The notes under the pieces are model-generated. The model did not search any database and had not been told where the DNA came from. It saw only the letters and a program-made list of their open reading frames with translations. Shown piece by piece: positions 35,042-43,556 of a stretch of 49,362 nucleotides of DNA; positions within the stretch are counted from its first letter, which is position 1, and each line of letters begins with the position of its first letter. Origin of the DNA: a virus. Lineage: Duplodnaviria; Heunggongvirae; Uroviricota; Caudoviricetes. The position numbers and the translations under genes are program-made. The DNA is taken from the IMG/VR virus record IMGVR_UViG_3300021255_000139, one strand, 5' to 3'.

Positions 35042-35420
35042 GAAAATTAGAGAACACGTTACCAAAAGAGAAAACTTTTTCTATGACAGTCTTGAAAAGT
35101 ATGAAGTCGGATCAATGGGAAGTATGCAATGTACAATGCAAGCAGCATCTTTTCAAGAAGTTAGGTATTTGATTGAGGATTTAGATGAAACTGAATCAGA
35201 AATTGATATTCAGGATGCTATTGCGGCTATCAGGAAAGAACTGATGAAAAAGTCATCTCTTTATAGTGGTTTTCTTGCAAGCCTTGCAAGTGGAATTAAA
35301 GACTGCATTGTAGCAAATTCCAAACGGAATGAGCATGGAGTTTATAAGGTTGAATTTAATGCCGGAGATTTAGCAATAGCCGGGTTGAATCGTGTAATAG
35401 GATTTGAAGAAAATGAATAA
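35019..35420 (+). CDS. Hypothetical protein
   Basis: 133-aa ORF, GGAGG RBS. Confidence 0.7.
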   Translation: MTDKEKIEKIREHVTKRENFFYDSLEKYEVGSMGSMQCTMQAASFQEVRYLIEDLDETESEIDIQDAIAAIRKELMKKSSLYSGFLASLASGIKDCIVANSKRNEHGVYKVEFNAGDLAIAGLNRVIGFEENE

Positions 35421-35727
35421 TGATACTGTCAAACTTTTGGATGTATTAGATTTAATCGTAAATATAGATGTTGCCATTATTCCATATGAGAAAGTTATGG
35501 AATATGTAGATGCTGTTAGGCTATATTTAATTAAAAAAGTAAGAGAATTGCCCGTTAATGAAGGTGAATTAAACTTACAAGAATTATATGCGACTTCAAT
35601 AGATCATATTGAGAGCATTAAAAATGCAAGTAATGTTGATGGTAAATATAATGAAGGATTTTTTGATGGATTGCAATTTTCCCTTGACTTCTTTAAATTC
35701 TTGAAAAACAGCAATGAAAGCAAGTAG
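35413..35727 (+). CDS. Hypothetical protein
   Basis: About 104-aa ORF. Confidence 0.6.
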   Translation: MNNDTVKLLDVLDLIVNIDVAIIPYEKVMEYVDAVRLYLIKKVRELPVNEGELNLQELYATSIDHIESIKNASNVDGKYNEGFFDGLQFSLDFFKFLKNSNESK

Positions 35728-35737
35728 GTGAATTTTA

Positions 35738-36502
35738 ATGATTTATTTGACGGGTGACACTCATGGAGATTGGAGAAGATTTTCGACAAGCAATTTCCCC
35801 GACCAAAGAAAAATGACACGAGATGATGTTGTCATAGTGTGCGGCGATTTCGGAATCTGGCACGACACGAAAGAAGAAAGATACTAGCTTAATTGGCTGG
35901 CAGAAAAACCGTTCACAGTCTGTTTTGTTGATGGCAACCACGAAGATTTTGACAGATTGTATAGTGGCGAATTTCCAGAGATTGATTATTGTGGTGGAAA
36001 AGCGCACAAAATCCGGGATAACATATATCACTTAGAGCGAGGATATGTGTTTGAAATTTGCGGAAAGAAGATTTTTGCTTTTGGCGGTGCAAGTTCGCAC
36101 GATATAGATGACGGGATTCTTGACCGTGACGATTATGTAAATGATGATGATTTCTATGATGCTTGTTATCGGTATCGAAAATATGGAAAGTCATTTAGGA
36201 TCAATCATTTATCGTGGTGGAAAGAAGAACTTCCGTCACAAGAAGAAATGGATCGTGGTATTGATTCGTTGAATAGAGTGGGCTGGAAAGTCGATTATGT
36301 TGTCACGCATTGCGCACCGCAGCAGATAGCGTCAATCATATCAAATGGGTTTTATGGTTCTGATAAATTGACAATGTATTTCAACGGATTACTTGACAAA
36401 GGAATACAGTTTGATTCATGGTTCTTTGGTCATTACCATGATTCAAGAAGAATAATGAGTAAGTTTTATCTCTTATATGGGGAGATTATGAGAATAGAAT
36501 AA
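35738..36502 (+). pseudogene. Calcineurin-like metallophosphoesterase interrupted by in-frame TAG (35885-35887)
   Basis: MIYLTGDTHG...VCGDFG...EERY*LNWL...FVDGNHE...VVTHCAP...FFGHYH, all in one frame. Confidence 0.85.
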
Positions 36503-36571
36503 TGTTCATTATTATCACCATAGATGGTAGTAATGTTTATTATATAAAACACAGAACAGGAGATATTTCAA

Positions 36572-36811
36572 ATGGCAAAAAAGATTTATTATGATCCAGA
36601 ACGTTACAAGAAAGCGAGGGCTTGGGATAGACTTTTGCGAAACACAAAGAAGATGTCAGTTGAAGAGTTAACCGAAGAAGGAGACAAACTTTGGCGTGAA
36701 AAAGTGAAGCAAGAGAAAATGGCACGAGCAAGAAAGCGTAAGCTACGACTTGAACGAGAAGCTAAAGAAGCTGCACTTGCAAAGGTAAATTCCGAGAAAG
36801 CTGAAACATGA
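36572..36811 (+). CDS. Small basic coiled-coil protein
   Basis: 79-aa ORF, AGGAG RBS. Confidence 0.7.
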   Translation: MAKKIYYDPERYKKARAWDRLLRNTKKMSVEELTEEGDKLWREKVKQEKMARARKRKLRLEREAKEAALAKVNSEKAET

Positions 36812-37071
36812 TTTTATGGATCATCCTTGCGTTTGTGATAGCCGGGTTCATATACGGATGGAGGTATTTCCGAGTAAATGAATCATACGGGCTTGATGGA
36901 TATCCACCATTAGGGAAATATCTTCTTTCGTTAAAATGGTGGAATATCGAGATAAACCTTTATACATACAGATATAAATGGTTTTTGAACGTGTGTTTGA
37001 TTTTCCCGGCAGTGGGAAAATCGCACCGAAGGTTTGACAGATATTATTATTCTGTATCTGGAAATCTATAA
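36808..37071 (+). CDS. Small membrane protein
   Basis: Hydrophobic N-terminus MILWIILAFVIAGFIYGW. Confidence 0.65.
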   Translation: MILWIILAFVIAGFIYGWRYFRVNESYGLDGYPPLGKYLLSLKWWNIEINLYTYRYKWFLNVCLIFPAVGKSHRRFDRYYYSVSGNL

Positions 37072-37222
37072 TGATTGGTTATTATCCACGTTTCGCTCTC
37101 ATTTACGTGGCTAATAATATAAACGAGTCGATAGTTGTAATCGACTCATCCTAATATTTTATCAAGAGGTGGAGAGGCAGAGAAATTCCGGCTCTGTCTC
37201 TCCGATTACAAAAGGAGACTAT

Positions 37223-37726
37223 ATGGAAAACACGAGTACGTTTTTTCAATTTGGTTGGAGCATTAAAGATCAGTACAAGAATGATATTGATTTAGATGCT
37301 TCTGCTTTTTTATTAGACAAGCGTGGAAAAATAAAGACAATCAATGATTTTGTCTTTTATAATAACAAGCATCATTTAACCAGAGCGGTCATTCATTCCG
37401 GCAAACTGTACAATGAAGATGAAGTTATTCGAGAGCGCATTACAGTTGATACAGAGTTATTACCGAAAGATGTTGAAATGATTGCACTAACGATTTCATT
37501 CTATGACAGCGAAATAAAGAAACTCAACCTATCAGATGTTGTGAATGAAATTGTAGTTTTATCGCCGGAAATTGAGGATTGTGTAGTCGAAGAATCGGAA
37601 ATTCCAACTACTTCTGCTATGATTCTTGGGTATTATTTGCGGAATAATACTAAGTGGGAGTTTCATCCGACCAAAGAAGGATTTGCAGGAGGATTAGAAG
37701 CACTACTAAGACACTTTAAAGATTAG
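37223..37726 (+). CDS. TerD-family stress protein
   Basis: GWS...DLDASAFLLD..GK....DFVFYNN...HSG...E.I.V...P; start ATG 37223 after AAGGAG. Confidence 0.85.
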   Translation: MENTSTFFQFGWSIKDQYKNDIDLDASAFLLDKRGKIKTINDFVFYNNKHHLTRAVIHSGKLYNEDEVIRERITVDTELLPKDVEMIALTISFYDSEIKKLNLSDVVNEIVVLSPEIEDCVVEESEIPTTSAMILGYYLRNNTKWEFHPTKEGFAGGLEALLRHFKD

Positions 37727-37734
37727 GAGGTTAT

Positions 37735-38898
37735 ATGGAAAATTTGAATATGGCTTGGGAACTGTTAGCAAATGAAGATTATAAATTCATACATGATAAT
37801 CCGTTGTTAAGAAACAATATTATACTTCTTACTTTTGGTGGTAGTCATGCATATGGAACAAATGTAGAAGGTTCTGACACTGATATTCGTGGTATCGTTT
37901 ATAACCCGATTGAATCACTTCTTGGCAATGAAGAATTTGAACAGTTTGAAGATAGAAAAACTGATACCGTTATTTATGGAATGAATAAAATGTTTAAGTT
38001 GCTGCTACAGTGTAACCCTAACTGTATCGAGATTCTTGGTTGCAAGCCGGATCACTACTTTGAATTATCGAAAGCTGGAAAAGAATTGTTGAAGAACAGA
38101 AAAATTTTCCTTTCAAAGCGTGCGATTTATACATTTGGAGGCTATGCAAATGCGCAACTTAGAAGGTTACAGAACGCACTTGCAAGAGATGCATATCCGC
38201 AAGAGGATAAAGAGAAACATATTTTAGGTTCAATCACTCATGCTATGGATTCTATTGTGAATAGATACCATAAGATTAACGGTGAGCCGATAAAATATAA
38301 TTTCTCAAACGACAATGGAAGTTTGGTTCATGCTTATAGAGAATATAATGAAAAAATGCAGAACATGGACGGATTTAAAGATTTTGAGTATGGTGGTATC
38401 AATCTTTACCCGGACGTATCTGATAGAGAAGATATGAATGTCGAGATTTTCTGTGATGTTGCATTACATCATTATCCACTTAGAGATTATCGTAATATTT
38501 GGGCTGAAATAAATACTATTGTAAAAGACTATGAGAAGCTAGGTAAGAGAAATAGTAAAAAGGATGACAAACATCTTAATAAACACGCCATGCATCTGAT
38601 CCGACTTTATCTCATGTGTCTTGATATTCTCGAAAAAGAGGAAATTATAACATATCGGACAGAAGAGCATGATTTATTGATGTCTATTCGCAACGGAGAA
38701 TTTCAGAAGGAAGATCATACTTATAGACCAGAGTTTTTTGAAATGGTTGATGAATATGAAAAGAGATTAAAGTATGCTGCGGAGAACACTTCTCTTCCAG
38801 AGAATCCAGATTATGAAGCTGCAAAAGAATTGCTAATAGATATGAATAGAGAACATATTCGTAATTACGAAAATCAAAGAACAATGGAAGATTGGTGA
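37735..38898 (+). CDS. DNA polymerase beta-superfamily nucleotidyltransferase (RlaP/Nuc-transf type)
   Basis: GGSHAYGTNVEGSDTDIRG, NPNCIEIL, KHAMHLIRLY. Confidence 0.88.
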   Translation: MENLNMAWELLANEDYKFIHDNPLLRNNIILLTFGGSHAYGTNVEGSDTDIRGIVYNPIESLLGNEEFEQFEDRKTDTVIYGMNKMFKLLLQCNPNCIEILGCKPDHYFELSKAGKELLKNRKIFLSKRAIYTFGGYANAQLRRLQNALARDAYPQEDKEKHILGSITHAMDSIVNRYHKINGEPIKYNFSNDNGSLVHAYREYNEKMQNMDGFKDFEYGGINLYPDVSDREDMNVEIFCDVALHHYPLRDYRNIWAEINTIVKDYEKLGKRNSKKDDKHLNKHAMHLIRLYLMCLDILEKEEIITYRTEEHDLLMSIRNGEFQKEDHTYRPEFFEMVDEYEKRLKYAAENTSLPENPDYEAAKELLIDMNREHIRNYENQRTMEDW

Positions 38899-38903
38899 GA
38901 CTA

Positions 38904-40175
38904 ATGAGCGATAGAAAAATATTCCATATGCATTTGCCGGATAATGTACATTTTATTCTTGATAAGCTGAATAGTGCAGGATATGAGGCTGTTGTTGTTG
39001 GAGGTTGTGTACGAGACGTATTGCTTGGGAAAGAACCACATGATTATGATATTGCAACTTCTGCATTCCCGGAAGAAATTATGAGAGTTTTTAACGGCGA
39101 TAGAATGATTCTTGATGGTTTAAAACACGGAACAGTTACAGTGATTTATGATCATGTTCCTTATGAAATTACAACTTATAGAATTGATGGCAAGTACACA
39201 GATCACCGCCGCCCGGATAATGTTGAATTTACAAGAAATCTTCGTGATGATTTGAGCAGACGAGACTTTACAATGAATGCACTTGCATATGACAGAGACT
39301 ATATCTATGATTTTTTCGATGGTATGGACGATATAGAGCATAAAGTAATTCGTTGTGTTGGGAATCCGGCTGATAGAATTTCTGAAGATCCGCTTAGAAT
39401 CATGAGAGCGTTGCGATTTTCCGCACAATATGGTTTTGTAATTGATGAAGAGACGAGCAAAGTTATTTTGGACGAAGATAATATTAAACTGCTTGAAATG
39501 ATTGCACAAGAGCGGAAATCAGCAGAGTTTAATAAGCTGCTTGGCGGCGATAATATCGTTATGGTTTTCTGGCAGTATTTCCCAATAATCCGTAGCTTAT
39601 ATAGTGGTTTCATGCTGATTGATAATCCTTTTGAAACCGCTATGAAAATTAGAAATTCAATGAATCTTTACGAAGGAATTGCCATATTGTGCGAAGATAT
39701 GAGTATTGATCTTTTTGAGATTGACGAAGAAGTTGATTTTCTCTGTAAGGCAATGAGATATTCCAACCAAATAAAAAAGAATGTAGTTGAGATTATGAAG
39801 GTTTGGAAGAAGGAATTACTCTTTCCCGGCGAAATCTGTGCAAGGCACTTGTTGTATAAGTATCAGTTCGCCAATGCAATATCTGGTATCAGATGTAAAA
39901 TCATTGAATTTGAAATTACGTCTTTACAAACGGAAAAGTCTGTGTTAATATTACATTTGAACGAACTAATAAATACAATCAATTCGATAGAAGAAAACAA
40001 AGAAGATTGTCATTCGATTCGTGCGCTGGCAGTTGGTGGACACGAATTGAAAGCAATAGGTATCACGGATAAAGATGTCGGTAAATGGTTGAACACACTA
40101 ACTGAACTTGTTATGAATGGAGCAGTTGACAACAATTCTGTAGACTTGCTAAATATTGTATTGTTGAACAGTTGA
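38904..40175 (+). CDS. cca: CCA-adding tRNA nucleotidyltransferase (class II)
   Basis: VVGGCVRD, DYDIATS, DLSRRDFTMNA, EDPLRIMRALRF. Confidence 0.92.
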   Translation: MSDRKIFHMHLPDNVHFILDKLNSAGYEAVVVGGCVRDVLLGKEPHDYDIATSAFPEEIMRVFNGDRMILDGLKHGTVTVIYDHVPYEITTYRIDGKYTDHRRPDNVEFTRNLRDDLSRRDFTMNALAYDRDYIYDFFDGMDDIEHKVIRCVGNPADRISEDPLRIMRALRFSAQYGFVIDEETSKVILDEDNIKLLEMIAQERKSAEFNKLLGGDNIVMVFWQYFPIIRSLYSGFMLIDNPFETAMKIRNSMNLYEGIAILCEDMSIDLFEIDEEVDFLCKAMRYSNQIKKNVVEIMKVWKKELLFPGEICARHLLYKYQFANAISGIRCKIIEFEITSLQTEKSVLILHLNELINTINSIEENKEDCHSIRALAVGGHELKAIGITDKDVGKWLNTLTELVMNGAVDNNSVDLLNIVLLNS

Positions 40176-40236
40176 GGTCGTTGCGGCTATCGACTATCGC
40201 TACCTAAAAAATCACAAAAGAAAGGAAGAAACCACT

Positions 40237-40518
40237 ATGTTTTTTAGATGGAATGGAAAAAACTACACAGTTGAAGTCGAGAAAGTATTTTCACAGGCAA
40301 CACAAGAAGATTATCGTCCTGATCTAACAGAGAATGGAGTAGTCATCAAGGAATTTGAAGATATCGAAGATTTTAAAGATTGCAATGTATGTCTTTTCTA
40401 CAATCCAACAAAACAGCAAGTCACAATCCATTTAGAAAAAGAAGAATATGTAATCATTACAGATGTACATATTGGTTCAAAAGAACTCGATATTATCATC
40501 AATGAATTATCTGACTGA
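40237..40518 (+). CDS. Acidic hypothetical protein
   Basis: 93-aa ORF. Confidence 0.65.
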   Translation: MFFRWNGKNYTVEVEKVFSQATQEDYRPDLTENGVVIKEFEDIEDFKDCNVCLFYNPTKQQVTIHLEKEEYVIITDVHIGSKELDIIINELSD

Positions 40519-40563
40519 ATAAGATTTTTTCTATTGTCTTTTCACAAATAAATAAATTCATCA

Positions 40564-40592
40564 TTGACAACTCTTTTGTTTGGTGGTATCAT
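40564..40592 (+). promoter_or_regulatory. Promoter of the YopQ/YopR-like pair
   Basis: TTGACA-17-TATCAT. Confidence 0.7.
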
Positions 40593-40623
40593 AATAATAC
40601 ACCTTCAGAAAGGAGTTAAATGT

Positions 40624-41940
40624 ATGAAAGATATAGACAGTAGGGATAAACTTATTTCTGCACTTGAGGAATATTTATCTAACCTTTCGCCGGAAAGATA
40701 TAAGAAACTTGAAGAAGAAGTAAGGCATGATGAAAAAATTGATCATGCTAAATTCATTGCTCTTTACGTGAAGCGAATGCAGGTGTATGAGTTATCAGAC
40801 GCAGAACTGTATTGGCTTACTGCTGCCGCTTCACGTATTTCTAACAGGGTTGGCAAGCCGGAAAAGTATTTTGAAGATGGCGAAATAAAGAATTACAAGT
40901 ATTATGTGCCAGAAGATGAAAAGAAGGTGGAGCGTCCAATCGTATTTAAAGATGCTGTTATGTTGGCAGAAAATCAATATATGTTCCCGTGTTCAATTAG
41001 GGAAATAAAGAAATTAAAAGAAGCGAATATCTTGCAGATTGTGCCAGAATTGCAGCGAAACTCAACAAAGAATAAATACAATGAGTTAAAAACAAAGGTT
41101 AATCGTCAAAATGCGCAGCAGATAGCAGACTTGATTGATAATGGTGGTTTCTACTATAATAGCATTCGGTTTAATTTAATGGATGATGGAGAGTCTGATA
41201 ATCCAGTATACGATGCGGATCGTCATACATTAACTATTTATGACGGAACAATCATAGTGCCGGATGGCAACCACCGAACAATAGGGTGCGAACTTGCAAG
41301 TAAACATTTAGATGATAAGTTTTGTGTTCTTTTTACTTTTTTAAGCGCACAAGATACAAAGAGACTGTTAAATCAGGAATGGACAACAGTTCCGATTCCG
41401 AAAAAACACAAAGATTCCATGAAGCAGACTAATCCAAATGAGATTGTAGATGGAATTATTAGAAGTGCAGACGCTGATCCGATTTATGCAAAAGAAATTG
41501 TAAGAGATGGAATTGAAACAAGATACGGTCACGGATTTATTTTGTATTCAGACCTTGCGGATGCTATCAATATGTATTATGATGTCGATCATTTAGAACC
41601 AAAAGCTAAGAGGGATGAACTGAGAGATTGGTTGATCAATTTCATGAACTTCTTGACAGAATTGCTCCTTGATGATTTCAAGAATTATAAAAAAGTACGA
41701 AAAGAGAAGTGGTCAGTTAATCCAACTGCTTGGTATATTTTCATAATGATTAGTGAAATTGTAAGAGATAACCGCCTTGAATGGAGAGATGAAGTAAGGC
41801 AGATTATTTCTAGCTATAACTTCTCCGACCAAAATATTAGACAGTTGTTTATTTCTCATAATAAGAGAAAGATTTATGCATTCTGTAAGGAAGAGAGGGC
41901 AAGAATATGTTCAATGATAGGCAGAAACAACAATTCCTAA
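40624..41940 (+). CDS. DndB/DGQHR (ParB-fold) protein similar to SPbeta YopQ (SroE)
   Basis: ELYWL...P..YF, ELQR, N.QN.QQI..LI..G....IRFN, IVPDGNHR.IG; ATG 40624 after AGGAG. Confidence 0.8.
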   Translation: MKDIDSRDKLISALEEYLSNLSPERYKKLEEEVRHDEKIDHAKFIALYVKRMQVYELSDAELYWLTAAASRISNRVGKPEKYFEDGEIKNYKYYVPEDEKKVERPIVFKDAVMLAENQYMFPCSIREIKKLKEANILQIVPELQRNSTKNKYNELKTKVNRQNAQQIADLIDNGGFYYNSIRFNLMDDGESDNPVYDADRHTLTIYDGTIIVPDGNHRTIGCELASKHLDDKFCVLFTFLSAQDTKRLLNQEWTTVPIPKKHKDSMKQTNPNEIVDGIIRSADADPIYAKEIVRDGIETRYGHGFILYSDLADAINMYYDVDHLEPKAKRDELRDWLINFMNFLTELLLDDFKNYKKVRKEKWSVNPTAWYIFIMISEIVRDNRLEWRDEVRQIISSYNFSDQNIRQLFISHNKRKIYAFCKEERARICSMIGRNNNS

Positions 41941-42878
41941 CCACGATTGATTCGGAGAACAGCCATAAATCTTATGTGACAGCTTTTAATAAGAGTGAAT
42001 CTTTTGAAACATCTCTTAATAAAGACGTTGCCGACATGACGTTGCAAGAGATTATTCTTTTGCTCGATATGACAGCCGGGAAATCCGCACAAAGCATAGC
42101 AAATTATCGAAGCCTTTTAGCCAACTATGTTGATTGGTGTATTCGTGAAGGAAAAAGTGTATTCAGCGAGAACAACATTAGTAAAATCAGCTATACGGCG
42201 GTAGATAAGCAGCAGTCTTTTAGACCGTCTTATGTTGGATCAGAAGAAGAGTTGAAAGAAATGATTGAAGTTGCATTTCCGCACGACTATTCATACAATC
42301 AGGAGATATTTGAAGATAGAGAAACTATTATTTGGTTGATCTGGTTGGGATTTGAGCGTGATGAAATTCGATTTTTAAAGAAGAATGATATAGATTATGA
42401 AAACGGAATAATCAAAAGTCCGTTGCATAAGGATATTATCTATAAGGTTGAGCCACGAATTTTAGAAATGCTGAAGCGTATTTCTGAAACTACAGAAATT
42501 GAATTTGCAGTCGAAGGCAGAAATCCTCGTGTCGAAAAACTCTGCATCAATGATTATGTGTATAGACCGAAAGTTGGAAAGTTTCGACCGATTGACTATG
42601 ATGGAACAGTTGGCGAGGGTTATGCTTGGAAACGGTGTGCGCAGCTTAATACCGCATACGAAGAAGCAACTGGAATTTATAAAAATCTCACGATCAAAAC
42701 ACTGCCAAAAAGTAAATGGTTTATTGATTACTATAATGCTGGAGAAACAGAAGATTTTATTGAAGCATATAAGACCGATCTACGATTAAGAGAGCCTAAT
42801 AAAAATGAAAGACAAATTTATATGGCTGGATTGAACTTTAAACGTGATTACGAAGTTTGGAAAAAGGTATTCCGTTAA
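41907..42878 (+). CDS. mrpR: Catalytically degenerate tyrosine-recombinase-fold repressor similar to SPbeta YopR/MrpR (SroF)
   Basis: MFN..QK..FL.T...F.K.E.FET.LNKDV.D.T...Y..LL..YVDW.I; no R-H-x-x-R-H-Y catalytic set; directly downstream of the YopQ-like gene as in SPbeta. Confidence 0.75.
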   Translation: MFNDRQKQQFLTTIDSENSHKSYVTAFNKSESFETSLNKDVADMTLQEIILLLDMTAGKSAQSIANYRSLLANYVDWCIREGKSVFSENNISKISYTAVDKQQSFRPSYVGSEEELKEMIEVAFPHDYSYNQEIFEDRETIIWLIWLGFERDEIRFLKKNDIDYENGIIKSPLHKDIIYKVEPRILEMLKRISETTEIEFAVEGRNPRVEKLCINDYVYRPKVGKFRPIDYDGTVGEGYAWKRCAQLNTAYEEATGIYKNLTIKTLPKSKWFIDYYNAGETEDFIEAYKTDLRLREPNKNERQIYMAGLNFKRDYEVWKKVFR

Positions 42879-42989
42879 GTACCGGGTGGCGATTTGCCAC
42901 TTGATCCAACAATGGATAAATAAAGTGGGTGATGTAAATATGGGCTTAAAAATCTCTTGAAAAATAAATAAAAAACTTTCAAAAACCTA

Positions 42990-43017
42990 TTGACATATTT
43001 CCGAGATGTGATATAAT
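42990..43017 (+). promoter_or_regulatory. Promoter of the ncRNA cluster
   Basis: TTGACA-16-TG-A-TATAAT. Confidence 0.8.
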
Positions 43018-43097
43018 CAATAATGTCAAGGGAAGAGAACAGAACAGAACTTGGCAAAAACAAAAGGTACTTTGATAAAATAATAAATACACAATAT

Positions 43098-43211
43098 GGG
43101 GCAGTTGCTCAACTGGTAGAGCGTTTGACGGAAAATGTGTTTTGCAAAAAGCACAGACAGCAATCATTTTCTAAAATCAATTTGTTACAAGTTCGACTCT
43201 TGTCTGCCCCA
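43098..43211 (+). ncRNA. tRNA-like element E1 (Phe-like body) with a 48-nt structured insert in place of the anticodon loop
   Basis: Acceptor GGGGCAG/CTGCCCC-A, D arm GCTC/GAGC, AC stem TTTGA/TCAAT, T arm ACAAG-TTCGACT-CTTGT. Confidence 0.85.
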
Positions 43212-43215
43212 CTCA

Positions 43216-43273
43216 AAGGCACAAACAGCAATATTACAAGCATTTGACAGTTAATCAAAAAAGCGAGTGCCTT
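43216..43273 (+). ncRNA. Hairpin E2 with CAGCAA motif and an isolated GTT (Asn) anticodon arm
   Basis: AAGGCAC/GTGCCTT; TTTGA-CAGTTAA-TCAAA. Confidence 0.75.
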
Positions 43274-43355
43274 GGAAATACCATGTTGATGGTATCTGGT
43301 TTTCTTGACTGTCTCATTCTTGAAAACCTCCTCCATAAAATAAGTTGTGTTTGGT

Positions 43356-43424
43356 TCTCGATTTAGTTTATGTGATAAAACGTTCAGAAATGAAAGAAGC
43401 TGGATCATAACCAGCAGTCGAGAT
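43356..43424 (+). ncRNA. Mini-cloverleaf E3 (anticodon arm reduced to a GAAA hairpin)
   Basis: TCTCGATT/AGTCGAGA, TA-GTTT/AAAC, TTCA-GAAA-TGAA, GCTGG-ATCATAA-CCAGC. Confidence 0.6.
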
Positions 43425-43472
43425 TGGATATCAGATTTCTGTCATTTTTCTATATCCTCCTTATCGTTATAC

Positions 43473-43550
43473 GGAACTAAGAGACACTGGCAGCAACAAT
43501 AAAAATTTGAAAGCAAATAACAATCTCTCTTAGGTGTCTCGAAGAGTTCC
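43473..43550 (+). ncRNA. Hairpin E4 with CAGCAA motif
   Basis: GGAACT/AGTTCC and GAGACAC/GTGTCTC stems; AC-TGG-CAGCAA. Confidence 0.7.
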
Positions 43551-43556
43551 AATTAT

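Noticed and set aside
35885-35887. Genome-wide TAG recoding (code 15)
   Set aside because: Several genes end cleanly at TAG with the next gene following (e.g. 12748, 31376, 33431, 35727, 37726), and long genes show no other internal TAG.
40564-40623. TTG-started N-terminal extension of the YopQ-like ORF (likewise 5590, 14792, 16265, 37169, 47725)
   Set aside because: These extensions overlap promoters or upstream genes, and better RBS-ATG pairs lie downstream.
43169-43176. Amber-suppressor anticodon (TT-CTA-AA) at the 3' end of the E1 insert
   Set aside because: It needs a shifted, mismatched anticodon stem and an unknown splice event; the register is not supported.
43023-43247. 74-aa + strand ORF and 43109-43408 / 43477-43713 minus-strand ORFs
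   Set aside because: They overlap well-formed tRNA-like structures, have no convincing RBS and show no protein-like features.
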